Below, piece after piece: positions 29,223 to 40,264 of a stretch of DNA of 64,000 nt. The first letter of the stretch is position 1. Every line of letters begins with the position of its first letter. A program made the translations under genes and the position numbers. The DNA is from Escherichia coli (GTDB lineage: Bacteria; Pseudomonadota; Gammaproteobacteria; Enterobacterales; Enterobacteriaceae), in NCBI RefSeq assembly GCF_003334785.1, contig NZ_QOWV01000010.1; one strand, given 5' to 3'. The notes below the pieces were generated by a model. That model worked only from the letters and a program-made list of their open reading frames with translations, did not search any database and had not been told where the DNA came from.

Positions 29223-31775
29223 TCAGAACAATTCCTGTGCCTCGCCATTATCGATAATGGTCGTTCCCACCTCGTGCACTGCCTGTTGTGTCGGCTGCGT
29301 ACCTTCGATGAAATACTCTTCGCGGCTGTTGCCACCATTAGCTAACTGCCCGGTGCTGCGATCGATATTCACCGTCACAATACCCGGTGGCGGCGTCAGC
29401 GGCTGCTCCGGCACACCTTCAAGAACGGCTTTCATATAAGCGTCCCATGCAGGCTGGGCACTCTTGGCACCGCCTTCGTAACCTGAGATCTGATCTTTAA
29501 TCGCTCCGGAAGCCGTTGTATGACCGAGATTACGACGGTGATCATCAAAGCCAATCCAGACCGAGGTCACAACGCCCGGACCGTAACCCGAGAACCACGC
29601 ATCTTTCGAACTGTTAGTGGTCCCGGTTTTCCCGCCGATATCGCGACGCTGCAAATCACGACCTGCACGCCAGCCAGTACCCTGCCAGCCTGGCTCACCA
29701 AAGATATTGGTGTTCAAAGCACTCTTAATCAGGAATGCCAGCGGAGTGTTGATGACGTGCGGTGCGTACTCCTGCGCGCCAGTCTTCGCCACTAACGCCT
29801 GATTTGCCTGCTCCAGCTGCGGCATTGGTACAGAAACATTCTGCTGCTCGCGGGAGATAGCGACATCTTCAACATCGTTATTTTCCAGCACGTTCGATTT
29901 CTGCGTATCACCGTAAATCACCGGAATATCGCATTCCGGGCAGGCTACTTTCGGTTTCGCTTCGAAAATCACGCCGCCCTGATCGTTTTCAATTTTGCTG
30001 ATAAACCACGGGTCCACCAGGAAGCCGCCGTTCGCCATGACCGCGTAGCCGCGCGCCACCTGCATTGGGGTGAAGGACGCTGAACCCAGCGCCAGCGATT
30101 CGGTGTGGACAATGTTTTGTGCCGGGAAGCCGAAGCGTTGCAGATATTCTGCAGCGTAGTCGACGCCCATCGCCCGCATTGCGCGTACCATCACCACGTT
30201 TTTCGACTGACCCAGCCCCTGACGTAAGCGAATTGGACCAGCATACTGCGGTGGTGAGTTCTTCGGCTGCCAGTCAGAACCGGCACTTGCATCCCAGCGA
30301 GAAATTGGCACATCGTTCAACATACTTGCCAGCGTCAGACCTTTATCCATCGCCGCGGTGTAGAGGAACGGTTTGATGTTGGAACCCACCTGACGCAGTG
30401 CCTGGGTGGCGCGGTTAAACTTGCTCTGATTGAAATCAAAGCCACCGACCAGCGCCATAACGGCACCGTTTTGCGGATTGATCGACACCAGCGCCGAGTT
30501 CACTTCCGGCACTTGTGCCAGCCACCATGCATCGCCAACCTGACGAACCCAGATTTGCTGACCCGTTTGCAGAACATCGGTCACTTTACGCGGCGTCGGT
30601 CCTTGCTGAGTATCCGAACGGTAAGGACGCGCCCAGCGAACGCCTTCCATACTCAATGCGACGGTCGACCCGTCCGCCAGCATCGCCGTCGCTTGCTGAG
30701 GATTGGCGCTGGTGACTGCGGCAGGCAGCAGCGGACCATAGGTTGGCAGCGCCTTCAGCGTATCGGTAATCTTGTTGTTATCCCACGCCGACTCGCCCAC
30801 TTTCCACAGCACATTTGCCGGGCCGCGATAGCCGTGGCGCATGTCGTAGTCCAGCACGTTATTACGTACCGCCTGCTGCGCGGCCTGCTGCACTTTGCGG
30901 GTGATGGTGGTGTAAATGCGATAACCGTCTTCATAGGCACTTTCGCCATAACGGTTATACATCTCCTGGCGCACCATTTCGCTCAGGTACGGCGCAGAGA
31001 AAGCAATCTCCGGCGCGTGATAGTTAGCGTTAATCGCCTCAGTGCGTGTCTGATCGAACTGTTGTTGGGTGATATACCCTTCATCCAGCATCCGCGACAG
31101 CACGACGTTACGCCGCGCGACGGCACGATCCATCGAGTAGAGCGGGTTGAAGGTGGAAGGCGCTTTCGGCAGCCCGGCTATCACCGCCATTTCGTTCAGC
31201 GTCAGTTGGTCGACCGTTTTTCCGAAATAGACTTGTGCCGCAGCACCGACACCATAGGCGCGGTAACCAAGGTAAATCTTGTTCAGATAAAGCTCGAGGA
31301 TCTCGTCTTTCGTCAGCAGCTGTTCAATGCGAATCGCGAGGAAGACTTCCTTAATCTTACGCATCAGCGTGCGTTCTGGACTGAGGAAGAAGTTTCTCGC
31401 CAGCTGCTGGGTAATGGTACTTGCCCCTTGTGACGCGTGACCGGAGAACAGCGCCACGCTTGCTGCACGGAAGATCCCCACCGGGTCAACGCCGTGATGC
31501 TCGTAGAAGCGGCTGTCTTCTGTCGCGATAAAGGCTTTCACCATCTCCGGTGGGATTTGATCCAACGTAACCGGAATACGACGTTTCTCACCGTATTGAG
31601 CAATCAGCTCGCCATCGGCGCTGTAAATCTGCATCGGAATTTGCAGGCGAACATCTTTTAATGTCGCCACATCCGGCAGTTGTGGCTCGATGTAGCGGTA
31701 TAGGCCATAAATCGAGCCTGCTCCCAGCAGAATGCAACAGACTGCAAGGATCAAAAAATACTTTACGAACTTCAC
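29223..31775 (-). CDS. mrcA: Penicillin-binding protein 1A (bifunctional transglycosylase/transpeptidase)
   Basis: Sequence recognised as PBP1a; likely GTG start giving MKFVKYFLILAV (850 aa); longest ORF begins 24 nt upstream at ATG 31799. Confidence 0.93.
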   Translation of the reverse strand: MKFVKYFLILAVCCILLGAGSIYGLYRYIEPQLPDVATLKDVRLQIPMQIYSADGELIAQYGEKRRIPVTLDQIPPEMVKAFIATEDSRFYEHHGVDPVGIFRAASVALFSGHASQGASTITQQLARNFFLSPERTLMRKIKEVFLAIRIEQLLTKDEILELYLNKIYLGYRAYGVGAAAQVYFGKTVDQLTLNEMAVIAGLPKAPSTFNPLYSMDRAVARRNVVLSRMLDEGYITQQQFDQTRTEAINANYHAPEIAFSAPYLSEMVRQEMYNRYGESAYEDGYRIYTTITRKVQQAAQQAVRNNVLDYDMRHGYRGPANVLWKVGESAWDNNKITDTLKALPTYGPLLPAAVTSANPQQATAMLADGSTVALSMEGVRWARPYRSDTQQGPTPRKVTDVLQTGQQIWVRQVGDAWWLAQVPEVNSALVSINPQNGAVMALVGGFDFNQSKFNRATQALRQVGSNIKPFLYTAAMDKGLTLASMLNDVPISRWDASAGSDWQPKNSPPQYAGPIRLRQGLGQSKNVVMVRAMRAMGVDYAAEYLQRFGFPAQNIVHTESLALGSASFTPMQVARGYAVMANGGFLVDPWFISKIENDQGGVIFEAKPKVACPECDIPVIYGDTQKSNVLENNDVEDVAISREQQNVSVPMPQLEQANQALVAKTGAQEYAPHVINTPLAFLIKSALNTNIFGEPGWQGTGWRAGRDLQRRDIGGKTGTTNSSKDAWFSGYGPGVVTSVWIGFDDHRRNLGHTTASGAIKDQISGYEGGAKSAQPAWDAYMKAVLEGVPEQPLTPPPGIVTVNIDRSTGQLANGGNSREEYFIEGTQPTQQAVHEVGTTIIDNGEAQELF

Positions 31776-31894
31776 TGGAAATTTCCCATTTAGTTTCATT
31801 TGGGCAGTTTATAAACAAACGCGCGGTAGTATAAAGGCAAGCCAGACGCATTGATATACCCGTCAGAGTGACGGGTGATAAGGAGATCATCACA

Positions 31895-32674
31895 ATGGCA
31901 TTTAAGATCTGGCAAATTGGTTTGCATTTACAACAGCAAGAAGCGGTAGCGGTTGCGATCGTGCGGGGCGCAAAAGAATGCTTTTTGCAACGCTGGTGGC
32001 GGTTGCCGCTGGAGAACGACATTATCAAAGATGGGCGGATTGTTGATGCGCAGCAGCTGGCTAAAACGTTGTTACCGTGGAGTCGCGAACTGCCGCAGCG
32101 TCATCACATTATGTTGGCGTTTCCCGCCAGTCGCACATTACAGCGGTCATTTCCGCGCCCGTCGATGTCCCTTGGTGAGCGGGAGCAAACGGCCTGGCTG
32201 TCAGGGACGATGGCCCGCGAGCTGGATATGGATCCGGACTCCCTGCGCTTCGATTACAGCGAAGACTCACTCAGTCCCGCCTATAACGTGACTGCCGCGC
32301 AAAGCAAAGAGCTGGCAACGCTGCTTACTCTGGCAGAAAGGTTGCGTGTTCATGTGAGCGCGATCACCCCGGATGCCAGTGCATTACAGCGATTCCTGCC
32401 TTTTTTACCTTCTCATCAGCAATGTCTGGCCTGGCGTGATAACGAACAGTGGCTGTGGGCGACGCGCTATAGCTGGGGGCGCAAACTGGCGGTGGGGATG
32501 ACTAGCGCGAAGGAGCTGGCGGCAGCGTTATCCGTTGATCCCGAAAGCGTCGCGATATGTGGCGAAGGCGGATTTGATCCCTGGGAGGCCGTTTCTGTTC
32601 GTCAGCCGCCGCTACCGCCGCCAGGTGGAGACTTTGCCATCGCGCTGGGGCTGGCGCTTGGGAAGGCGTACTGA
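31895..32674 (+). CDS. hofM: PilM-like type IV pilus/DNA-uptake assembly protein HofM
   Basis: Conserved start MAFKIWQIGL preceded by aaggag; 259 aa; divergent from mrcA. Confidence 0.88.
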   Translation: MAFKIWQIGLHLQQQEAVAVAIVRGAKECFLQRWWRLPLENDIIKDGRIVDAQQLAKTLLPWSRELPQRHHIMLAFPASRTLQRSFPRPSMSLGEREQTAWLSGTMARELDMDPDSLRFDYSEDSLSPAYNVTAAQSKELATLLTLAERLRVHVSAITPDASALQRFLPFLPSHQQCLAWRDNEQWLWATRYSWGRKLAVGMTSAKELAAALSVDPESVAICGEGGFDPWEAVSVRQPPLPPPGGDFAIALGLALGKAY

Positions 32675-33213
32675 TGAACCCGCCAATTAATTTTTTGCCC
32701 TGGCGACAGCAACGCCGGACCGCTTTTCTGCGTTTCTGGTTGCTGATGTTCGTTGCGCCTCTGCTGCTGGCCGTCGGGATAACGCTAATACTGCGTCTGA
32801 CAGGCAGCGCCGAAGCGCGCATAGACGCAGTTTTGCTTCAGGCGGAACAACAACTCGCCCGCAGCTTACAGATAACGAAGCCACGTTTGCTGGAGCAACA
32901 GCAGTTACGCGAACAGCGTTCGCAACGGCAGCGCCAGCGACAATTTACCCGCGACTGGCAATCTGCGCTGGAAGCACTGGCGGCGCTTTTACCCGAGCAC
33001 GCCTGGCTGACAACGATAAGCTGGCAGCAGGGAACGCTGGAGATCAAGGGGCTGACAACAAGCATTACCGCGTTAAACGCACTAGAAACGTCACTCCGCC
33101 AGGATGCATCTTTTCATCTCAATCAGCGGGGAGCCACGCAGCAGGATGCGCAGGGACGCTGGCAATTTGAGTATCAGTTAACAAGGAAGGTTAGCGATGA
33201 ACATGTTCTTTGA
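32674..33213 (+). CDS. hofN: PilN-like protein HofN
   Basis: 179-aa ORF, start overlaps hofM stop. Confidence 0.88.
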   Translation: MNPPINFLPWRQQRRTAFLRFWLLMFVAPLLLAVGITLILRLTGSAEARIDAVLLQAEQQLARSLQITKPRLLEQQQLREQRSQRQRQRQFTRDWQSALEALAALLPEHAWLTTISWQQGTLEIKGLTTSITALNALETSLRQDASFHLNQRGATQQDAQGRWQFEYQLTRKVSDEHVL

Positions 33214-33637
33214 CTGGTGGTTCGCCACATCACCCCGCCTCCGCCAGCTTTGCTGGGCATTCTGGTTGCTGATGTTAGTTACGCTCATTTTTCTGTCATC
33301 GACACACCATGAAGAGCGCGACGCATTAATTCGACTACGGGCAAGTCATCACCAGCAGTGGGCCGCACTGTATCGCCTGGTAGACACCACTCCCTTCAGC
33401 GAGGAAAAAACGCTGCCCTTTTCGCCACTGGATTTTCAGTTATCCGGCGCGCAACTGGTTTCCTGGCATCCATCCGCGCAGGGAGGCGAGTTGGCGTTGA
33501 AAACGCTGTGGGAAGCAGTGCCGTCGGCATTTACACGGCTGGCAGAGCGCAACGTCAGCGTGAGCCGTTTTTCGTTAAGCGTGGAAGGTGATGATCTTTT
33601 GTTCACGCTACAACTGGAGACGCCGCATGAGGGTTAA
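33197..33637 (+). CDS. hofO: PilO-like protein HofO
   Basis: 146-aa ORF overlapping hofN end by 17 nt. Confidence 0.85.
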   Translation: MNMFFDWWFATSPRLRQLCWAFWLLMLVTLIFLSSTHHEERDALIRLRASHHQQWAALYRLVDTTPFSEEKTLPFSPLDFQLSGAQLVSWHPSAQGGELALKTLWEAVPSAFTRLAERNVSVSRFSLSVEGDDLLFTLQLETPHEG

Positions 33638-34031
33638 ACGCTGGTTGTTGGCAGGTATTGCATTGTGCCTTTTAACCGGTATGCGTGACCCTTTTAAACC
33701 GCCGGAAGATCTATGCCGGATTAGCGAACTTAGCCAGTGGCGCTATCAGGGGATGGTAGGGCGAGGCGAGCGCATCATCGGTGTAATAAAAGACGGGCAA
33801 AAGAAATGGCGACGGGTGCAGCAAAACGATGTGCTGGAAAACGGCTGGACAATTTTACAGCTGACGCCAGACGTACTAACGCTGGGTACCGGGACAAACT
33901 GCGAACCGCCACAATGGTTGTGGCAACGGCAAGGAGATACAAATGAAGCAATGGATAGCCGCACTACTGTTGATGCTGATACCCGGCGTACAGGCGGCAA
34001 AGCCGCAAAAAGTGACGCTGATGGTGGATGA
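33627..34031 (+). CDS. hofP: PilP-like protein HofP
   Basis: Start MRVKRWLLAGIALCLL (signal-peptide-like), 134 aa; overlaps hofO end and first 89 nt of hofQ. Confidence 0.8.
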   Translation: MRVKRWLLAGIALCLLTGMRDPFKPPEDLCRISELSQWRYQGMVGRGERIIGVIKDGQKKWRRVQQNDVLENGWTILQLTPDVLTLGTGTNCEPPQWLWQRQGDTNEAMDSRTTVDADTRRTGGKAAKSDADGG

Positions 34032-35181
34032 CGTTCCGGTAGCTCAGGTGTTGCAGGCGCTGGCTGAACAGGAGAAGTTGAACCTGGTCGTGTCGCCAGA
34101 CGTCAGCGGTACGGTGTCGTTACATCTAACAGATGTTCCCTGGAAGCAGGCACTACAAACTGTAGTGAAAAGCGCCGGACTGATAACGCGGCAGGAAGGC
34201 AACATTCTCTCAGTGCATTCCATTGCCTGGCAGAATAACAATATCGCCCGCCAGGAGGCGGAGCAGGCGCGGGCGCAGGCAAATCTGCCGCTGGAAAATC
34301 GCAGTATAACCCTGCAATACGCCGACGCGGGAGAACTGGCGAAAGCGGGGGAGAAGCTACTGAGTGCCAAAGGGAGTATGACCGTCGATAAACGCACCAA
34401 TCGCCTTTTGCTACGAGATAACAAAACGGCGTTAAGCGCGCTTGAACAGTGGGTAGCGCAAATGGATCTGCCGGTCGGGCAGGTTGAGCTGTCGGCGCAT
34501 ATTGTCACCATTAATGAAAAAAGTTTGCGTGAGTTAGGCGTGAAATGGACGCTGGCCGATGCGCAACACGCTGGTGGCGTTGGGCAAGTCACCACGCTTG
34601 GTAGCGACCTCTCCGTAGCGACGGCGACAACGCATGTCGGTTTTAACATTGGGCGCATCAACGGACGCTTGCTGGATCTTGAGCTTTCCGCGCTCGAACA
34701 AAAACAGCAGCTGGATATTATCGCCAGTCCGCGTCTGCTGGCCTCACATCTTCAGCCTGCCAGCATTAAACAGGGGAGCGAAATTCCATATCAGGTTTCC
34801 AGCGGGGAAAGTGGCGCGACGTCGGTGGAATTTAAAGAGGCCGTCCTGGGGATGGAGGTCACGCCCACGGTGTTACAAAAAGGTCGCATCCGGCTGAAAT
34901 TACACATCAGCCAGAACGTTCCGGGGCAGGTGCTACAGCAGGCCGATGGCGAAGTGCTGGCGATTGATAAGCAGGAGATCGAAACGCAGGTCGAGGTCAA
35001 AAGCGGAGAAACGTTGGCGCTGGGCGGCATTTTTACCCGTAAAAATAAATCGGGTCAGGATAGCGTACCGTTGCTTGGCGACATTCCCTGGTTCGGGCAA
35101 TTATTTCGTCATGACGGAAAAGAAGATGAACGACGCGAGTTAGTGGTGTTTATCACGCCACGACTGGTTTCCAGTGAGTAA
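33943..35181 (+). CDS. hofQ: Secretin HofQ (PilQ/ComE-like outer-membrane channel)
   Basis: 412-aa ORF with N-terminal signal peptide; secretin C-terminal region. Confidence 0.92.
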   Translation: MKQWIAALLLMLIPGVQAAKPQKVTLMVDDVPVAQVLQALAEQEKLNLVVSPDVSGTVSLHLTDVPWKQALQTVVKSAGLITRQEGNILSVHSIAWQNNNIARQEAEQARAQANLPLENRSITLQYADAGELAKAGEKLLSAKGSMTVDKRTNRLLLRDNKTALSALEQWVAQMDLPVGQVELSAHIVTINEKSLRELGVKWTLADAQHAGGVGQVTTLGSDLSVATATTHVGFNIGRINGRLLDLELSALEQKQQLDIIASPRLLASHLQPASIKQGSEIPYQVSSGESGATSVEFKEAVLGMEVTPTVLQKGRIRLKLHISQNVPGQVLQQADGEVLAIDKQEIETQVEVKSGETLALGGIFTRKNKSGQDSVPLLGDIPWFGQLFRHDGKEDERRELVVFITPRLVSSE

Positions 35182-35581
35182 ACAGCCGTAAAAGCGGTAA
35201 TGTTTTTACGCTGAACGTGTTTCATCTATTTGACGCGCGCAGGTATTTAGCATACAAGGAGTACCGATTTGAGAGTTGGTGCTCTTCGCTGCCTGCGTTC
35301 CATGATGATGATTTATCATTCAGGCGGCATTTTGCTGTCTTTTTTACGCTAATCTTACCCGGTGATTTATCGCCAGAGCGGTGGTAGCAAGGCAGCGCGC
35401 TTGCAGCGACCAGATATGCAGAGGGATGGGTGATTTATTCAGTTGCCAAACCCGCTGGAGTATTGAGATAATTTTCAGTCTGACTCTCGCAATATCTTAT
35501 GAGGTTTCAGTTCATGTCCTGCGGCGCTCTCTGAGCGAAGCGGGTTTATCATTAACGAATAGTCTTAGTAGTACCGAAAAA

Positions 35582-36103
35582 ATGGCAGAGAAACGCAATA
35601 TCTTTCTGGTTGGGCCTATGGGTGCCGGAAAAAGCACTATTGGGCGCCAGTTAGCTCAACAACTCAATATGGAATTTTACGATTCCGATCAAGAGATTGA
35701 GAAACGAACCGGAGCTGATGTGGGCTGGGTTTTCGATTTAGAAGGCGAAGAAGGCTTCCGCGATCGCGAAGAAAAGGTCATCAATGAGTTGACCGAGAAA
35801 CAGGGTATTGTGCTGGCTACTGGCGGCGGCTCTGTGAAATCCCGTGAAACGCGTAACCGTCTTTCCGCTCGTGGCGTTGTCGTTTATCTTGAAACGACCA
35901 TCGAAAAGCAACTTGCACGCACGCAGCGTGATAAAAAACGCCCGTTGCTGCACGTTGAAACACCGCCGCGTGAAGTTCTGGAAGCGTTGGCCAATGAACG
36001 CAATCCGCTGTATGAAGAGATTGCCGACGTGACCATTCGTACTGATGATCAAAGCGCTAAAGTGGTTGCAAACCAGATTATTCACATGCTGGAAAGCAAC
36101 TAA
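35582..36103 (+). CDS. aroK: Shikimate kinase I
   Basis: Conserved start [21 protein letters not shown] (P-loop), 173 aa; longest ORF extends 67 codons upstream. Confidence 0.95.
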   Translation: MAEKRNIFLVGPMGAGKSTIGRQLAQQLNMEFYDSDQEIEKRTGADVGWVFDLEGEEGFRDREEKVINELTEKQGIVLATGGGSVKSRETRNRLSARGVVVYLETTIEKQLARTQRDKKRPLLHVETPPREVLEALANERNPLYEEIADVTIRTDDQSAKVVANQIIHMLESN

Positions 36104-36159
36104 TTCTGGCTTTATATACACTCGTCTGCGGGTACAGTAATTAAGGTGGATGTCGCGTT

Positions 36160-37248
36160 ATGGAGAGGATTGTCGTTACTCTCGGGGAACGTAGTTACCC
36201 AATTACCATCGCATCTGGTTTGTTTAATGAACCAGCTTCATTCTTACCGCTGAAATCGGGCGAGCAGGTCATGTTGGTCACCAACGAAACCCTGGCTCCT
36301 CTGTATCTCGATAAGGTCCGCGGCGTACTTGAACAGGCGGGTGTTAACGTCGATAGCGTTATCCTCCCTGACGGCGAGCAGTATAAAAGCCTGGCTGTAC
36401 TCGATACCGTCTTTACGGCGTTGTTACAAAAACCGCATGGTCGCGATACTACGCTGGTGGCGCTTGGCGGCGGCGTAGTGGGCGATCTGACCGGCTTCGC
36501 GGCGGCGAGTTATCAGCGCGGTGTCCGTTTCATTCAAGTCCCGACGACGTTACTGTCGCAGGTCGATTCCTCCGTTGGCGGCAAAACTGCGGTCAACCAT
36601 CCCCTCGGTAAAAACATGATTGGCGCGTTCTACCAACCTGCTTCAGTGGTGGTGGATCTCGACTGTCTGAAAACGCTTCCCCCGCGTGAGTTAGCGTCGG
36701 GGCTGGCAGAAGTCATCAAATACGGCATTATTCTTGACGGTGCGTTTTTTAACTGGCTGGAAGAGAATCTGGATGCGTTGTTGCGTCTGGACGGTCCGGC
36801 AATGGCGTACTGTATTCGCCGTTGTTGTGAACTGAAGGCAGAAGTTGTCGCCGCCGACGAGCGCGAAACCGGGTTACGTGCTTTACTGAATCTGGGACAC
36901 ACCTTTGGTCATGCCATTGAAGCTGAAATGGGGTATGGCAATTGGTTACATGGTGAAGCGGTCGCTGCGGGTATGGTGATGGCGGCGCGGACGTCGGAAC
37001 GTCTCGGGCAGTTTAGTTCTGCCGAAACGCAGCGTATTATAACCCTGCTCAAGCGGGCTGGGTTACCGGTCAATGGGCCGCGCGAAATGTCCGCGCAGGC
37101 GTATTTACCGCATATGCTGCGTGACAAGAAAGTCCTTGCGGGAGAGATGCGCTTAATTCTTCCGTTGGCAATTGGTAAGAGTGAAGTTCGCAGCGGCGTT
37201 TCGCACGAGCTTGTTCTTAACGCCATTGCCGATTGTCAATCAGCGTAA
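36160..37248 (+). CDS. aroB: 3-dehydroquinate synthase
   Basis: 362-aa ORF recognised as AroB. Confidence 0.97.
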
Positions 37249-37339
37249 CAACAAGAAAGGTCAGGCCGCTTATCAAGCGGTCTATTAGCTTCAGGTTAAT
37301 TGCAACGTGGTAAGCATTAACCTTTTAGTGGGGTGTTAA

Positions 37340-38626
37340 ATGGATGAATTCAAACCAGAAGACGAGCTGAAACCCGATCCCAGCGATCGTCGTACTGGTC
37401 GTTCTCGTCAATCTTCTGAACGTTCTGAGCGTACTGAACGTGGCGAACCGCAGATCAATTTTGATGATATTGAACTTGATGACACTGACGATCGCCGTCC
37501 GACTCGTGCGCAAAAAGAGCGCAATGAGGAACCGGAAATCGAAGAAGAAATTGACGAATCCGAAGATGAAACCGTGGATGAAGAGCGCGTAGAGCGTCGT
37601 CCGCGTAAGCGCAAAAAAGCAGCCAGTAAACCCGCTTCTCGTCAGTATATGATGATGGGCGTCGGCATTCTGGTTCTACTGCTGTTGATCATCGGTATCG
37701 GTTCTGCGCTAAAAGCCCCCTCGACCACTTCCAGCGATCAAACCGCGTCTGGCGAGAAGAGTATTGATCTTGCTGGCAATGCGACCGATCAGGCGAATGG
37801 CGTGCAGCCAGCGCCGGGAACCACGTCTGCGGAAAATACTCAGCAGGATGTTTCTCTGCCACCGATCTCTTCTACGCCGACTCAAGGGCAAACCCCGGTG
37901 GCAACGGATGGTCAACAACGTGTTGAAGTGCAGGGTGACCTGAACAATGCGCTGACCCAGCCACAAAATCAGCAACAGCTGAACAATGTGGCGGTCAATT
38001 CCACGTTGCCGACTGAACCCGCAACGGTTGCGCCTGTTCGCAATGGCAATGCATCGCGTGACACGGCGAAAACGCAAACCGCTGAACGTCCGTCCACTAC
38101 GCGCCCAGCTCGTCAGCAGGCGGTGATTGAACCGAAAAAACCGCAAGCAACCGTGAAAACGGAGCCGAAGCCGGTAGCACAGACGCCGAAGCGTACTGAA
38201 CCAGCTGCCCCTGTGGCGAGCACGAAGGCACCGGCTGCGACTTCTACGCCAGCACCAAAAGAGACGGCGACTACGGCTCCAGTACAGACGGCATCCCCGG
38301 CGCAAACCACGGCAACACCCGCTGCTGGGGCGAAGACCGCAGGTAATGTTGGTTCGTTGAAATCGGCACCGTCCAGCCATTACACTCTGCAGCTGAGCAG
38401 TTCCTCTAACTACGACAACCTGAACGGTTGGGCGAAGAAAGAGAATCTGAAAAACTACGTTGTCTATGAAACGACGCGTAATGGTCAGCCGTGGTATGTC
38501 CTGGTTTCTGGCGTGTACGCTTCGAAAGAAGAGGCGAAAAAAGCGGTATCTACATTGCCAGCAGATGTCCAGGCCAAAAACCCGTGGGCGAAACCGCTGC
38601 GTCAGGTACAGGCCGATCTGAAGTAA
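37340..38626 (+). CDS. damX: Cell-division protein DamX (C-terminal SPOR domain, low-complexity linker)
   Basis: 428-aa ORF; acidic N-terminus, one TM segment, Pro/Thr/Ala/Gln-rich region. Confidence 0.95.
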
Positions 38627-38732
38627 TCAAGGTTATCTCCCGCAATGGTTTATCGTTGCGGGAGTTGCCTGAAGCGCTGGATGCTGTCGGAGCTTTCTCC
38701 ACAGCCGGAGAAGGTGTAATTAGTTAGTCAGC

Positions 38733-39569
38733 ATGAAGAAAAATCGCGCTTTTTTGAAGTGGGCAGGGGGCAAGTATCCCCTGCTTGATGATATTAAACG
38801 GCATTTGCCCAAGGGCGAATGTCTGGTTGAGCCTTTTGTAGGTGCCGGGTCGGTGTTTCTCAACACCGACTTTTCTCGTTATATCCTTGCCGATATCAAT
38901 AGCGACCTGATCAGTCTCTATAACATTGTGAAGATGCGTACTGATGAGTACGTACAGGCCGCACGCGAGCTGTTTGTTCCCGAAACAAATTGCGCCGAGG
39001 TTTACTATCAGTTCCGCGAAGAGTTCAACAAAAGCCAGGATCCGTTCCGTCGGGCGGTACTGTTTTTATATTTGAACCGCTACGGTTACAACGGCCTGTG
39101 TCGTTACAATCTGCGCGGTGAGTTTAACGTGCCGTTCGGCCGCTACAAAAAACCCTATTTCCCGGAAGCAGAGTTGTATCACTTCGCTGAAAAAGCGCAG
39201 AATGCCTTTTTCTATTGTGAGTCTTACGCCGATAGCATGGCGCGCGCAGATGATGCATCCGTCGTCTATTGCGATCCGCCTTATGCACCGCTGTCTGCGA
39301 CCGCCAACTTTACGGCGTATCACACAAACAGTTTTACGCTTGAACAACAAGCGCATCTGGCGGAGATCGCCGAAGGTCTGGTTGAGCGCCATATTCCAGT
39401 GCTGATCTCCAATCACGATACGATGTTAACGCGTGAGTGGTATCAGCGCGCAAAATTGCATGTCGTCAAAGTTCGACGCAGTATAAGCAGCAACGGCGGC
39501 ACACGTAAAAAGGTGGACGAACTGCTGGCTTTGTACAAACCAGGAGTCGTTTCACCCGCGAAAAAATAA
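38733..39569 (+). CDS. dam: DNA adenine methyltransferase (GATC)
   Basis: 278-aa ORF; DPPY motif (CDPPYAP). Confidence 0.97.
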
Positions 39570-39586
39570 TTCTCAAGGAGAAGCGG

Positions 39587-40264
39587 ATGAAACAGTATTT
39601 GATTGCCCCCTCAATTCTGTCGGCTGATTTTGCCCGCCTGGGTGAAGATACCGCAAAAGCCCTGGCAGCTGGCGCTGATGTCGTGCATTTTGACGTCATG
39701 GATAACCACTATGTTCCCAATCTGACGATTGGGCCAATGGTGCTGAAATCCTTGCGTAACTATGGCATTACCGCCCCTATCGACGTACACCTGATGGTGA
39801 AACCCGTCGATCGCATTGTGCCTGATTTCGCTGCCGCTGGTGCCAGCATCATTACCTTTCATCCAGAAGCCTCCGAGCATGTTGACCGCACGCTGCAACT
39901 GATTAAAGAAAATGGCTGTAAAGCGGGTCTGGTATTTAACCCGGCGACACCTCTGAGCTATCTGGATTACGTGATGGATAAGCTGGATGTGATCCTGCTG
40001 ATGTCCGTCAACCCTGGTTTCGGCGGTCAGTCTTTCATTCCTCAAACACTGGATAAACTGCGCGAAGTACGTCGCCGTATCGACGAGTCTGGCTTTGACA
40101 TTCGACTAGAAGTGGACGGTGGCGTGAAGGTGAACAACATTGGCGAAATCGCTGCGGCGGGCGCGGATATGTTCGTCGCCGGTTCGGCAATCTTCGACCA
40201 GCCAGACTACAAAAAAGTCATTGATGAAATGCGCAGTGAACTGGCAAAGGTAAGTCATGAATAA
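39587..40264 (+). CDS. rpe: Ribulose-phosphate 3-epimerase
   Basis: 225-aa ORF recognised as Rpe. Confidence 0.97.
   Translation: MKQYLIAPSILSADFARLGEDTAKALAAGADVVHFDVMDNHYVPNLTIGPMVLKSLRNYGITAPIDVHLMVKPVDRIVPDFAAAGASIITFHPEASEHVDRTLQLIKENGCKAGLVFNPATPLSYLDYVMDKLDVILLMSVNPGFGGQSFIPQTLDKLREVRRRIDESGFDIRLEVDGGVKVNNIGEIAAAGADMFVAGSAIFDQPDYKKVIDEMRSELAKVSHE

Noticed and set aside
30471-31433. 320-aa forward ORF opposite mrcA
   Set aside because: Antisense shadow ORF within PBP1a coding region.
38646-38675. Hairpin ctcccgcaatggtttatcgttgcgggag after damX
   Set aside because: No T-run follows; dam is known to be co-transcribed with upstream genes, so a strong terminator here is unlikely.
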